Part shown: positions 44,945 to 60,435 of the stretch, in pieces
How positions within the stretch are numbered: the stretch's first letter is position 1
Layout: every line of letters begins with the position of its first letter
NCBI RefSeq assembly: GCF_009914755.1
Contig: NC_060932.1
Direction: 5' to 3' (one strand)
DNA length: 64,000 nt
Origin: the human T2T-CHM13v2.0 reference genome, Homo sapiens
Notes under the pieces: model-generated
The model's database searches: none
What the model saw: the letters and a program-made list of their open reading frames with translations, nothing else
Told to the model about the DNA's origin: nothing
Program-made: the position numbers and the translations under genes

Positions 44945-45135
44945 TAGTATCGTGGAAAGAATGTGGCCTATATTCAGATAAAGATGAGTCTGATTCCAAG
45001 CTCTAGCACTTGATATTTCCATGCCCATGGATCAGTACTTTACTGATTTCTTAGCCTTAATTCACTCACATATAATGTAGAAGTGGTGAGAAGGTGGAGG
45101 ACAACAATAACTTACCTAAAGGGATCATTTTATGA
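44945..45135 (+). mobile_element. MIR SINE
   Basis: gtatagtatcgtggaaagaatgtgg...ttagccttaattcactcacatataatg. Confidence 0.55.
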
Positions 45136-45453
45136 CAATAGAAATATATTTCTCAAACAGCCACACCTGTCACTCTGTACCATTTATTTTATTTTTCCTG
45201 ATAGCATTTATTATTAACTGCTATATGTATGTATGTATGTTTGTATATTTCCATCTATCTATCTGGAGGGAAGGAAATGCAGCAGTGCAGGAATGCAAAA
45301 ACGACTGTGAAAGCTGAAAGCATACAAAATGATCTCAATGGGAAAAATTACAATTGTTTCTGAACTTCAGACATTTTTGTCAAGACATTAAAAATTATCT
45401 TACTGTAGGTATTAGTATATGTAGATATTAAAATTAGTAAAATTAATATTTAG

Positions 45454-45786
<333 letters not shown>

Positions 45787-46223
45787 TAGAAACATTGGGA
45801 AATAAATTGCTTTATTTCTTGTAAAAAAATCTTATCTAACAGTTGGAGCAGTGCTTTTCTTCTGCATTTGTCTTATGAATTACAATAGAGCATTCTCCTT
45901 TTTAAGTTTGATCAACTTCCAACATTTTATTCTTTGTGCTTTCAATCTTGAGAAATAACTCTAAAAGGTTCTTTAATGTGAAATGTGTTTTGTTGTTGTT
46001 GTTTTTGTTGGCATTGTCACATTCTCTGGGACACAGAGCCTCACAACCCCTTTCCTCATTTACCTAAATAATTTTGCCTTCACTAAGTTCATCAGGCAAC
46101 ATATGTAGAGCCTTAAATGGTAGCAGTGTCAACATATTCACACACAGATTTCTTCTATAACACCTTTTACCTTTGATTCAAATTTCACTTCCAGAATTTT
46201 AACTTTTCTTTTCTTTGCTATAC

Positions 46224-47502
<1,279 letters not shown>

Positions 47503-47769
47503 TCATCTTTGATGGCCAAGTCCCTCTTTTTATTATCCCCTTTTGAAAATGTCACATAGATTTATCAGTGGGAGACAAGAAGGCATCACCTTTCCTATTA
47601 GATACCAATAAATAACAACATTTAACTATTGGTATGCAAAGTGAATATCACACATGCAGTGACCAATCACTGAAAGACAAAGAAATAATGTGATTGATCA
47701 CATATCTGTGTATGTATTATTTATGTAGATTATGTACTGAAGCAAAATTCTACATTCTAGAAAGAAGCA

Positions 47770-48010
47770 CATTTTGACGTGATAGGACCTATAGGATGAA
47801 AAGATGAATGACCTTTCAAGTAAGACATGTCAGAGCCAAAGGTGGGATTCAGGCTGTAAGTCGTATGTGAACAGGCAGTAATTATTACAGGCTTGGATAG
47901 ATGGGCTAGTGAGATAATTGTAGAAGAGGTGGGGCTTGAGCTGAATCTTTGAAAAAGAACTTGGAGAAGCAGAGGAAAGGCATGTAAGGACTTCTCATCA
48001 GGGGAAATGA
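47770..48010 (+). mobile_element. L2 LINE fragment
   Basis: gaagaggtggggcttgagctgaatctttgaa...gcagaggaaaggcatg. Confidence 0.5.
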
Positions 48011-48904
48011 CAAAAGAATGACAAACATCTCTGATACTTCTCCTGTCCTCACTCCAGAGCCCATGACATACATCACTAATGAGCTGTGGCTTTCTCCTCT
48101 TCCTGAGTTTAGGGGCAGGTTTCCAATGCCCATCAATAGCTATTTGAATTTCTACTCTCAAAGACTTACTTAGTCATATCTCTTACATATTTGTCTTCAT
48201 GGGATGGTACATGATTTTACTGTTAATACTTAAGCATATATTTGTATATTAATAATTTTAGCATAAACATTGTAAATCATTTTCCATTTGTCATTTACAT
48301 TTATCATTACAGGATTTTTTTGGGGGATTGTTTTCCTTTATGATTAAATTACAAGAATGTGAAAGTGTTTGTATTAAAAATATCACTAATTTCTTTATTA
48401 TTTCTGCTTCTGATTATCTTTTAAAATAATTTTGAAGACCAAGATATTACAAAGATTCACTTTTGTTTTTGAATACTGATTTCATTTTAAAATAATTTTT
48501 AAAAACTTTAACTTCAAATTTATTTCTGTATGAATTTGAAATAGATTTATCCCTGCCCCAATTGGCAAACCAAGTTTGCCCAATTGTATCAGTATATTGA
48601 CTCAAAATTGATTTATTTTTACTCCTATTAGGATTTGAATTCTAATGCCATATTAATGTATTTTAATGACTGGAGAATTAAGGTTGTTTATTCAGGAACA
48701 TAGATTTTAAAAAATTCTGAATGATACATTAAAAATTTGGATCTAACATTATTTTATAATAATTCCATAGCATGACCCTTTCTTTAAAAAGAAAGGAGAG
48801 ATGCTTTAATTATATAAATCTATTGATAAACTGCATATATATATATCAGTTGTATATTTTTATATAGTTTATATATGCATGTATACATATTTATTTAGTT
48901 GTTT

Positions 48905-49421
48905 ATATTTTTAGCAGTTGCTCTTGCTGCATAACAAATCACTCCAAATCCTAGCAGCCAAAACCAGTGACCATTAATTATCCCTGTGAGTCTGTGGGTC
49001 AGCTGAGCAGTGTGCCTGGTCTGGGCTGGGTTTGGCTGACTTTGGCTAGATTCACTCATGCCTCTGTGGTTTGTTAGCACTTGATAACCATACTTATATT
49101 ATGGGGTAGTTGGCTGGTTGTCAGCTCAGGAAGAATCCATCATCCATCAGTCTAGCCCAGACTTGCTCACATGGTGGTGATCAGGTTCCAAAAGGAAGCA
49201 CCAAAAAGTGTAAATTCTCTTGAGGCTTGGGCTTGGAATAGAAAAATATTGCTTTTGCTACATTCTGTTGCACAAGATAAGGCACAAGGACAGCAGAACT
49301 TCAAAAGATAGAGAAGTAGACCTCTCCTGTTACTGCCAGGAGCTGCAAAGGCACATTGTAATGATTTGTACATACAGGAAGGAAAGAGAGGTTTTTATTG
49401 AGGTTCTTGCAATCTGTCACA
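48905..49421 (-). mobile_element. MLT1G/H-like MaLR LTR
   Basis: ttgctgcataacaaatcactccaaa...tgagtctgtgggtcagctg...ttgcaatctgtcaca. Confidence 0.75.
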
Positions 49422-49610
49422 ATATTAATAAAGGAGAAAATAACAGTAGGATCATATTAATTATACCTGCTGAGAAGTGATTCTAGTTAACAAACATAGT
49501 ATAAACTTTATGTAAAAGAGGAATAGAAGGATATTTCCTAAACTTGATGAAGAATATCTTTAGAGCCCTAAAGACGTCATCTTCCCTTAGTAAAAGCTAC
49601 AGTCAACACA

Positions 49611-49984
49611 TGTATTTGTTTTCTAGGGCAGCTGCAACAAAGTACCACAAAGTAGGCCACTTAAAACAACAGAAATTTGTTCTGTCTCAGTCCTAGTTTG
49701 GAAGCTGAAAATCCAAAATCAAGGTGTCGGCAGGGCTGGTTCCTGTAGCAGGCACTGGGGAGAATCTGCTCCTTCCTTCCCTCCGAGCTTCTGGTCGCTG
49801 GTGGCATTCTTCAGCATCCCTGGGTTTATGTTAATCTCTGACTCTGTTTAATGTGATGTTTGTCCTGCTACGATAGTCTCATCTTAGCTAACTACATCTA
49901 TAACAACCTTCTTCCAAAATAAAGCCACGTTCTGAGATTCTGTAAAACATATTAATTTCTGTGAATGTCATACAACCAAATACA
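49611..49984 (-). mobile_element. MLT1B/C-like MaLR LTR
   Basis: tgtatttgttttctagggcagctgcaacaaagtaccacaaa...aatcaaggtgtcggcagggctggttcc. Confidence 0.82.
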
Positions 49985-49999
49985 GTATTAGCATACTGT

Positions 50000-51450
50000 G
50001 TAAATATTATTAAACTATTTTTTGAATGTTTTTTTCTAATAACTTAAGATGACATAAATAATGAATATAAAGAACTACAGATTTAGAAAGGAGATGAGTG
50101 ATTCTTAGTGATAGCTAATAGAGTTATCTACCAGGAAAATTCTATTAATTCAGTTACAAACTGTTAGGACTGAAATAAAAGTTTAGTAGAATGACTGAAT
50201 TATAGGCAAAATTTTGATACAAAAGCAGTAATTCATTATCTCACAAACTATCTTTTTTTTGTTGAAAAAACTTAAAATCTACTCTCATAGCAACGTTCAA
50301 AAATACACTAATTTTTCAGTTTAGCCATTTCACTATGTATACATACTTCAAAATCAACAAGTTGTATGTGGCAAATATATACACATTTTATATCTCAATT
50401 AAAAATTTAAAGATATAGTTAAAAATAAAGCTAATTTGGGTGTGATAATTAAAAAGTAGTAATGAAATATGATGGAGAAAAATATAGTGCCCACATAGAA
50501 ACATCAAAACAAGTAGATAAGAAATGTCCAGGTAATATACAAGGGAAGATTTAAGGTATAACAGTAAAAGCCTTGTACAAATAGTGTGAATAAACATTTT
50601 CTGGATGTAATATAGTAAGAGTGTTAAGTATACTTATATTAATATGCAACACTTACTATAATACCTATCTGGAAGATTTGTAAGAATAGTTAAAATGTTT
50701 TGAAAACAAATAACTATTTAATGGGACCAGCTTTAACTGGTGTCTAAAAGTATTATGAATGTCTAGAAGTAATAGAAATAAATTACTTAGGAAAAGAAAC
50801 AGACATCAATGGAATAAAAGAACAGCTTCAGAAATAGGACCCAAGGATTTGTAGAAGTTTGGGAATGAATGATATATCTGGCATTTAAAATCAGTGGAAA
50901 ATGATTTTTCAATAGACAAAAGTAATTGTTTATTAATTTTGATGAAGACACCTTAAGGTCTTTTATTTCTGAATTCAAAATGCTAAATATTTTAACATTA
51001 TAATACAGCAAAACCACTAGAAGAAAATGTGTTTGTATTCTCTAGTAGTGGTTTATCTTCAGCCAGTCACAATATCAATAATTCATAAAGGAAATGATTG
51101 ATAGTTTTGACCACATGACACTTTTGTAATATCTTTACAGATAGAAAATCATAAATAGATATAAAAGGTAAATGCCAAGATAAAGGAAAATTATTGCAAC
51201 ACCTATAACAGACTGACTTCCTTCAAATCAATAACTAAAGAACATGCAGCCTAACAGAAAAATAGAAAACACCTTTGAAGGGGTAATTCATGAAAGAAAA
51301 ACAAGTGAGCAAAGGCCAGCTACGAAGATGCTTAAACCTGCTATTGATCAAATATATTGAAGTGAAATACTTTAAACCATTAATTTGATAAAATCTGAAA
51401 GACTGGCAGTACTTATGTTAACAAGAGCATAGTAAACATTCTTAGATACT
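50000..51450 (+). mobile_element. Ancient L1M fragments (with short L1MA tails near 50250-50410)
   Basis: catcaatggaataaaagaacagcttcagaaataggaccc; atctggcatttaaaatcagtggaaa. Confidence 0.5.
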
Positions 51451-51469
51451 TGTTCTCAGATACATAGAA

Positions 51470-51735
51470 CAATAACATAATGGTTAAGAGCTGGTCTTAT
51501 GAAATTAGATTGCTGGGCTCAACTCTCAGTTATGCCACTTCTTGTATTGTCATGGACAAGCTAATGGACTTCTTTGGGCCTTAGTCCCCATCTCTGAAAA
51601 GGAATAATAATAATGACAATAATAATAATAATAACAAACGCAACCACCACCTAATAGGGATTTCATTGGGATTACACAAGTTAATACCTGAAAAAAAAAT
51701 CTGGCACACAGTAAATGTTCAATGGATATTAGCTG
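51470..51735 (+). mobile_element. MIR SINE
   Basis: taatggttaagagc...ggccttagtccccatctctgaaaagg...tggcacacagtaaatgttcaat. Confidence 0.75.
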
Positions 51736-52858
51736 TAAATGTCATTCCACATTTGAGAGACTATGTGGTAAATTCTTTAGGAGGGACAAATTTGTATCTG
51801 TGTGTATACAAAATATTATGATCCTATTAAACTGAATTGGATAACTTATAGTAACATAAGTAATTTACAATTTAATTATGGATAAAAGTGTACATTTTCC
51901 CATAAAAATAGACAACTACAAGAGTATTTGATGATCTTATATTTTCATGTACATATAGAGAGAGAAATTCATAATCAGAAAATATTTCCATAAACATCTA
52001 GCATAATTCTGGCAGGCTAAATAGTGACTTTCCCATCTTCAGTCATTAAATTCCAGGGAAAGTTTTGAAGGGGTTGTATCAACTCCCCCAGTTCTCAGCC
52101 AAGCGATGGATGCTCTTACTGGGTCTTCTTGGACTAAGTGTTCAGGCCTATGTGTAGAAAATGGGAGAAACTCATGGGAGAGTAGGAAAGAATAATTCCT
52201 CAGCGTTGGCAGAGCTGTTATAAAAAATGCTGAAATGTTCAGAAAGTTAAAAATAGATGAATATTACATTTCCCACTATTTTTATTCATCTTCATAGATA
52301 TGTATCTATTTATATATCATATATCCCTGCTTGCTTCCTCACATATGCAAACATACACAATTAGTATTATTAATACATATCTTTCTCTTTTCAGTTGACA
52401 GATGATTACCTTTTTCTATGTAATTGTAAAGGCAACCCATGATAATTAAGGCCTTTCCTTGATAATTGTTTTGTGAATTAATGGAAAATCTTAAAGTTGA
52501 TCTTTAACTGCCTCTATATGAATTAAAGAGTTTTGAATTTTTAAGTGATGCTAATGGAAATGGAATCTTTTGTGGTGAGTGAGATAAGTAAATTTTAGTC
52601 AGAGATGCGGTGATTTTTGGATACAGTTGCATTGTTCAGTTAAATCACATCAAAATGGGTCTTGTAAAAATGACTTTTGAGACACTTTATGCTTCAGGTT
52701 AAATTTTACAATAATACTTTATCACATTATGACACTTTTGAAATCATTCCTTCCACTTTGCCTTTTGCAAAAAAGCTAACAAAAGCTAGACATGAGAAAG
52801 GAAAAACAAATTTGACTTATGTCTAGCTAAATTTGTTAATGCTTTTGTTGCCTTAAAT

Positions 52859-53070
52859 CAAGGGTTTACAAACTATGGCCCTGGGCCAAATCCAGACAGT
52901 TTTTTGTGTATAAGTTTTTATTAGCATACAGTCATACATATTTGTTTGTATGTTATCTATAGCTGCTTTTGTGCTAGAATGACAGAGTAGTTAATTACAG
53001 AGACCTTCTGGTTCTCAAAGCCTAAAATCATGAATATTTAGCATTTTACAAAAAAGATTTTTGACCTCTG
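52859..53070. mobile_element. MER58A hAT-Charlie MITE
   Basis: agggtttacaaactatggccctgggccaaatcc...aaagcctaaaat...tttgacctctg. Confidence 0.8.
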
Positions 53071-53249
53071 TCTTCTACACTAACCCCTCAACATAGCCAA
53101 TAATTAAAACAACTTCCTTGCCTTACACAGAGTGCTCCGTCAGTGTATATTTTGGTAATTATACTCTTTTCTTTTCTGGTCACTTCTCAATTTGTATGTG
53201 TAAAACTATGTCTTATTTCTCTCTTATGAGAGATTTTTACAAATGACTG

Positions 53250-53614
53250 TGTATTAGTTCATTTTCATGACACTGATAAAGATGTACTTGAAACTGGGCA
53301 ATTTACAAAAGAGGTTTAATGGACTTATAGTTTCACATGGTTGGGAGGCCTCACAATCATTGTGGAAGGTAAGGAGGAGCAAGTCATGTCTTACATGGAA
53401 GGCAGCAGGCAAAGAAAGAGAGCTTGTGCAGGGTAACTCCTCTTCATAAAACCATCAGATCTCATGAAACTTATTCACTATCACGAGAACAGCAGAGGAA
53501 AGACCCACCCCCATGATTCAATTATCTCACACCAGGTCCCTCCCACAACACGTGGGAATCATAGGAGCTACAATTCAAGGTGAAATTTGGATGGGACATA
53601 GCCAAACCAAATCA
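53250..53614 (-). mobile_element. THE1 (THE1B/C-like) MaLR solo LTR
   Basis: tgtattagt...aaaccaaatca ends; perfect 5-bp TSD gactg. Confidence 0.93.
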
Positions 53615-54414
53615 GACTGTTAATGTATTTCTCATTGCTAATTTAGCTTTTCCCTGGGCTTTAAGGACATTTAATGCCAAAAGTTCCCTCAATTAACTTA
53701 AATGACATATATAAGACATATATATATATGTATATATATTTTATTTGTTTATTATTATTTTTGAAACTTCAAGCAGCCACTGAACCCAAAAGTAAATTAA
53801 TAGAACTGAAAAGACAGTAAGCTAATGGTACAAATTAGCACAAACTACTTATTTATATGTGGAACATTTTTAAAGCCTTCATTGGGAAAGTGTTTCACCA
53901 ATGACATAGAATTTTCTGACGTTTTGTCACATTTAATTCCCACAAAAGTATGAGATATATGAATGCTATTATTTCAATTTTATAGATAAAACCTAGAGAA
54001 ATTAGTTGCATTGCTCAAAGTCTCCTAACTAGTAAAATAAAGAAAAAGAATAAATCTTGAACCTTTTGATTTGAATGTATTTTTACCTCCCTTGTCTATT
54101 CATTTTTTTACCACAGTTTTAGTGGTATATCTATCTGTGTGTCTACCTCCCTACCCATATGGTATCGCATTGTGTCCCTCAAAGAAGATAAATTAAAACC
54201 AGAAACTGTGTTTCACTTATGCCTCATCAATTCCACAGCATAAATTATAGCATGGCTTTGAACCCAGAAAAGCTCTGCTTTGAACTCGGTAAAATTTTAA
54301 AGGAAATATTACTCCATCATTTGGTAAAAAGCTACATTTAATTGTGGGATTAAGTGGTAACTATGGTTATGAGTCTATTGCTTTATCTTACTAAATTGTA
54401 AGCTCTTTGAGACA

Positions 54415-54935
54415 CGTGTCTAGATGATGCCATTTGCTTTATTCTGCCCAAGCATCTTCCCCATTCTCATTAACACCCTTCCCTTTATTGGGAAAACACC
54501 CTACATCTTTTAACGACCTCCTATGGAGTTTATTCCAGCATCATATTCCAGTTCATGTGACCTGGGATTGGCCAATGAGATCGTTATATCCTTCTGACTC
54601 TAGCAATGAGTTCAGGCATATGAACTTATGGAGTGCTTAGGAAGAAGGTCCATGTTTTCCAACTGATATTGCTGGTAATAAAGATGGTTCAAACCAGGGG
54701 TGGTTAATTGCCTGGGAATGGAGATACAGAAAAGCAGAATAGACAGACAGAAAGAAACTGGAATTCAGTAACGTTATTTAATCCAGCAGATCCAGTCATG
54801 CTTGCCTCTATTAAAATACTTCTAGGGTATATATGTCGATAAATTCTTGTTTTATAAAAGATATTATTTTCATTTTTTTTTTTGGTAAACCAAAGCAGTT
54901 GTGGCTGGCAAACAGCCTTAGAATAGTTGCTCACT
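54415..54935 (+). mobile_element. Old MLT1-type MaLR LTR
   Basis: catgtgacctgggattggccaatgaga...gttcaggcatatgaac. Confidence 0.55.
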
Positions 54936-56031
54936 AGATAGTAATGTAAACGGAATGAAAAATACTAGTGTTGAAATATGTAAGTGGCTATAAAAATGTT
55001 TTCATTTTGTTTTCTCTAAATATCTAGTTGTTATAAAAACTCTGTTTTGAGTGTGTAATTAATTCTATTTCTTTATTGAACTGATTTTAGTGCATTTAAT
55101 TTAATTTTTACTGCTAGATATAAAAATGTTTCTTCAAATTTTATTTTAAAATTTCAGCAAATTACTCTCATGGTATCTTAAAATATTTATTTCTCCATTA
55201 GAAGAAATATCAATTAATTATCCATGGTCCCTATTTTATGTCCTAGAAGTCTTATTGTAGAAAACATATTATGGATTCGAGTTCTGGCACTAATTCTAGC
55301 TTAACTAATAATAACACATATTAGTAACTTATTTGGAGCGTGTTGCTTTATCAGAACAATAAGGATTTACCAAGAATCAAAATATTGCCTTCAGTCTTAC
55401 CTCAACCATGAGCAATCTGTGTAACTTTACAAAGCCACTGGCCAGTTATTCAGCTCAAAGAATTCAATTACAACATGAGAATCTTAAACTCTTTAAAACT
55501 TTATATTTTTATTACTGATTTACTATATCAACAATGATGGGTCAATAGGATAGGATGAGGAGTAATGGAAAGAACATGGGCCACAATGCCTTTCAAAACT
55601 GGCTGTACTGCTGGCTGTACTCATTAATAGTTATATGACAGAGCAAGTTGCTTACATTCTTGATTGTTAGGTTTAAAACATTTAGTAACCAACATCCCTC
55701 AGTTTTTTAAGGACTAAATAAAATAAGTGAATGTGGTAGTTGGGAGCTGCTTTATATTTAAATAACTTAGGAGATGTTAAATATAATTCTGTAAAATTAT
55801 GTAACATTTGATCTCTCTATATAACATTATATATATAAACATATACATATAAAACATATATAACACCATTTATATATATAAACATGTATATGCATATGTG
55901 TGTGTGTGTATGTGCATACGTATATGCCTATGTATTCATATAAACTCAGCTTTTTAGCCCCTACCCTGAAAATCCTTTGAGTACTTTGGTCAAACTAAAC
56001 TTCTGGACTCTCACAGAATCTTTACAGATAC

Positions 56032-56394
56032 TGTATTAGTCTGTTCTCATGCTGCCATGAAGAACTAACTGAAACTGGTAACTTATAAAGAAAAAGAGAT
56101 TTATTTGACTCACAGTTTCACATGACAGGGGAGGCTTCCCAGTCATGATGGAAGGTGCAAGGAAGAGCAAAGGCACATCTTACATGGTGGCAGGCAAGAG
56201 AAGCTGTGCAGGAGAACTGCCCTTTATAAAACCATTAGATCTGGTGAGACTTATTCACTCTCCCGAGAACAACAAGAGAAAACCTACCCCCATGATTCAG
56301 TTACCTCCCACCAGGTCCCTCCCATGACTCATGGGGATTATAAGAACTACAGTTCAAGATGAGATTTGGTTGGGGACACAGCCAAAACATATCA
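56032..56394 (-). mobile_element. THE1D-like MaLR solo LTR
   Basis: tgtattagtctgttctcatgctgc...gcaaaggcacatcttacatggtggcaggc...gccaaaacatatca. Confidence 0.92.
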
Positions 56395-56712
56395 GTTATA
56401 TAAACAGTTATTCATCAACAGGCCTTGACATTCCAAATCCCAGAAGCTCTATTTAAAAGAACTGGAGGGAAAGCGCTGCATGAAAACTAAAGCACTGATT
56501 CACTGGGAATGTCAGCCTCTCTGCTAAAGAACTCCTCTTCCTGTTCCCCAACAATCTCTGAAAGAAAAATGTACTTCTTTTTTGGAGAGAGGATGAGATG
56601 TCAAAATCATAAGAAGGGACAGCAATTAAACTATGGAGGAAAGTAGCAAAGAGAATAAAGATGCCTCAAGTATCAAGAAACAAGAAGTAATCAGTGGCCA
56701 TATGTGGGGTAC

Positions 56713-57060
56713 TGAATTAGTCCGTTTTCACGCTGCTGATTAAAGACATACCGAAGACTGGGAAATTTACAAAAGAAAGAAGTTTAATGGAGTTATAGTT
56801 CCACATGTCTGGGGACGCCTCACAATCATGGTGGAAGGCAAAGAGAAGCAAGTCACATCTTACGTGAATGGCGGCAGGCAAAGAGAGCTTGGGCAGGGAA
56901 ACTCCCATTTTTAAAACCATCAGATCTCATGGAGACTTATTCACTATCAGGAGCAGGGAAAGAGCTGCCCCCATGATTCAATTATCTTTCAGCAGGTTCC
57001 TCGCACAACACGTGGGAATTCAAGATGAGATTTGGGTGGGGACCTGGCCAAACAATAGCA
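56713..57060 (-). mobile_element. THE1B-like MaLR solo LTR
   Basis: tgaattagtccgttttcacgctgctgat...caaacaatagca; perfect 5-bp TSD ggtac. Confidence 0.93.
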
Positions 57061-57300
57061 GGTACCACAGCAGAAACAGTGGCTGTGTCAGTAAACTAAC
57101 CTACAGGTACAACGATCTTCCCCAAGTCAGGCTCATACATTTGTGAGGCCTAAGGAATATCCAGGTTACATGCACACATTTGAATTTGTTTCACATTATT
57201 CAAGCTTGGGTTTTATTGGTGCTAATCACATTGAAATAGGAGAGTGTCTTAGTCTGAGAGGCACAACTGAAACCCATAGTAACATGAAAAAAAACTATTG

Positions 57301-57335
57301 AACAACCACCACCACCACCACCACCACAACAACAA
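57301..57335. repeat. (CCA)n(CAA)n trinucleotide repeat
   Basis: Visible run. Confidence 0.9.
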
Positions 57336-59399
57336 TTGATAAAACTAAATTTTGAGCTTAGAATGTGAGGCACAACGAGAAAGACATTGTGCATATCACT
57401 AGATGACTACCTCGAGAGCAGGTGATAATCAGTAAGTTTTCTGACCCACTGAATATCAAAAACTTGATGCAGAGGAGATATGGGAGGGGGTAATGTGCAC
57501 CATGAGAAGGAAATACAAATTAGGTTACAGGGATTTGAGACAGCCAATCCAAATATAATTTGAGAATTACTGCATCTTCTCCCCACAATACTTTTCATGA
57601 CATGTTTGCTGCATTTGAAGATAACTAATAACTAGAAAGACATACACAAAATCTATGCATAGCTATTGCAAAGGAAACAAGCATGCAAAACCACAGAGAG
57701 GTAAAAATACTTAAACCCACATTGGGCACTGGAATAATTTGTCATCATCTTTTGTCGTGCATGTACACAAATTTATGTTGTTAAACCCTATTAATTTATT
57801 TCAAGGTTTAAATATAATAAGCTATTCTACTTCCTCCAAAAATTTTTATATGAATGTAAAAGAAGACATTTATCAGTAACAGATACTATATCTTGGCTAG
57901 GCTCTAAATATGAAGTTCTAGGAAAGAGATTAAATGTAAGTTTATTTCCTAATTTCACAGATTTAATTAATTATGTAATGGATTTCTGTGATATTTTCTG
58001 AACAACAGTCTCCTACTTTTCTTTTTTTTTGTCTTATACACTTGTTTCCAAGATGACAGTAAGAATCTCAAGACTTGGGACTTTTTTTTTGAAGACAGTG
58101 TCAGGCTTTTAGCGTTCTGCCTGTACCGGGATAAAACATCCCATTAATGTCAGTATAAGGCAAGTAAGATTTCTTATTTAGGCAATAGTTGACTGTGGTT
58201 GCGCCTCATTCTATGCTTTTCTCTCTTCTGGACTGTGAAATCAAAAGACTGACACAGTGTAATACACAAGTTGAGAAACAGAACAACTTGTCACTAGGTT
58301 TAGTGCAAGATTAAGGTATTTTCCAGCAAATATGAAATCTGATTTCTTTCAAGTTATTGGGTAAATATAAGTGATGCTATCAACCTGGTAGCTCAACTTT
58401 TTTTTTTCAAACAACTCAAGTAGTGTCATACCCAAGAATACTGTGAAATTGTCCAGGTCAAGAATCCTGTCTTATTCATTTTTCTCTATTTTGCCTAGCA
58501 AATGGTGTGGGAAAAATGAGGTGCTTAAACAAGCTTATCAAATAATACTGAACTAAAATAAAGTCTCAATAGCAGGTAAATAAATTCTGTTCCTATAGAT
58601 AGGCCAAACATAACAAATTGATTAAATGCTGCATTCTATTTGATTGAGCTTTGTGCAGTTAAATTAATAATATTGACCTAAAATATAGTAACGTCTTTGT
58701 GTGAATCTTTTAATTTCCAGTCTGAACACATTGGTACTTCATTATGGCATGTAGTATTAAAAGAAGCAAATATCTTTTCTCCTTGCTTTACTTGATCTTT
58801 CTATATGCTCTTAATCTTAGAAATCTATACAACTTTTTTCGGGAAAGAGAGACAACACCTACAAGTCTTAATTTTTAGACTTGGGCAGGGTATTTGCACC
58901 CAAATTTTCTGTGAGGTTGGCTTTGCAATCCTGTTTTATTTTTACCAATATTATTGCTCTAAAACATGAAAATCTCTTTGTGTAAATTTTTAAATTCTCA
59001 CTTTGTGTATTGATACAATGATGTGGATGTAATTGTAATGGAAGCCTTGATCTTCCCCTCATACCTCACATACTGAGTTTCCAAGTGCCGTCTTTATTCT
59101 CCTCTACATGTTCACCATAAGGGATTCTGTCTTTATGCACTGATTCTTGCCAGCTGGTAATTCTTTAACCGCTCTGGTGGGGAAGGGACTTCATGAGAAT
59201 CCACAAGCTAAAAGGTGAAAAAGGGAAGAAAATATAAAAACTTAAGCATGTTAAAAGTGCAAAAGGTATCTAAAAAATAAACAACTAGAGAAACAAAATG
59301 TCCTTTCTTTCCTGCTTTGATTTTATTCAATTATGACTGAAATGTTTCAAATCACTGAAATTTCTGAAAATTTTTATTTGTAGCATTTTTTAAATTGAA

Positions 59400-59572
59400 T
59401 CTTTGATCAGAGACTAAACTCTGAATTTTAGCTTTGCCTCTTTCTAGTTTGTGACTTTGAGCAAATTAATACAGTGATTCTGTTTTGTCAACAGTAAAAT
59501 AGATTGCAAAGTCTACCTCATAGGAAAATTGTGAGAAACAAGCTGGACAGAGCATGGAATATGTTCTCAATT
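59400..59572 (+). mobile_element. MIR SINE
   Basis: ctagtttgtgactttgagcaaatta...ctacctcataggaaaattgtgag. Confidence 0.6.
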
Positions 59573-60218
59573 ATTTTTTTCCTTTCCCCTGAAAACATTT
59601 TTGAAATTGCAGATTATAAGGCTATTGGATATATTCAAATTTTAATTTGATTTAGTAAAAATCAGATTATATGGATAAAGAAGGAAACATTTTAAAAATA
59701 ATGGCATGTGTATCAGAACTACCTTTAGAAATATTACTACATGCACATGTTAAATATTAAAAATATAGAAAAAATTTACTCTAAAACATAGTCTCCCTCT
59801 CACCTTATAGCTACAAGTTTATTCCACATAGGCAGCCATCAAGAGTTTTGAGTATCCATCCATGTATTTCTGACTTTTTGTATACCAATAAGACCATGCC
59901 ATTGTTCTAGTATCTTTATTTTGATGCCTAATTTGCTTCATTCTTTTTCATTGCGGCATATGTACCATAATTTATTTCACTAAAGAGGAGTGAAATAAAC
60001 TACTCTCTAATGAAATAAATTATGGTACATAAATATCAATTGGCACATAAACCTACCTTTTAGTCATTTACCATTTCAGATAATTGTAATATGAATATCA
60101 AAGAATGTATGTCTTTGCTTTCATTGACTGTGCTTACATATCTAGAGATCGATATGTCTATTATACATTCTTAAAAATAATAAAGATAAAACAATATTTT
60201 AGTTGCAGTTGCGACTAG

Positions 60219-60435
60219 TGACACGTGGATACATAGGGGAACAATACACGGGGGCGTATCGTAGGGTGGAAGGTGGGAGGAGGGAGAGGATCAGGAAAAA
60301 TAACTAATGGGTTCTAGGTTTAGTACCTGGGTGATTAAATATTCTATACAACAAACTCCCACAGCACAAGTTTGCTGATGTAACACACCTGCGTATGTAC
60401 CTCTGAATTTAAAATAAAAGTGGAAAAAAAGATAA
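60219..60435 (+). mobile_element. Older L1PA 3' tail
   Basis: ggatacataggggaacaatacac...gggaggagggagaggatcaggaaaaataactaatggg. Confidence 0.88.

Noticed and set aside
47757-48161. 134-aa minus-strand ORF
   Set aside because: Non-ATG start, overlaps L2-like sequence, no recognisable domain or splice structure
53250-57060. PRDM9 hotspot motif CCTCCCTNNCCAC in THE1 LTRs
   Set aside because: The corresponding positions read catggttgggagg, catgacaggggagg and catgtctggggacg; none has the intact motif
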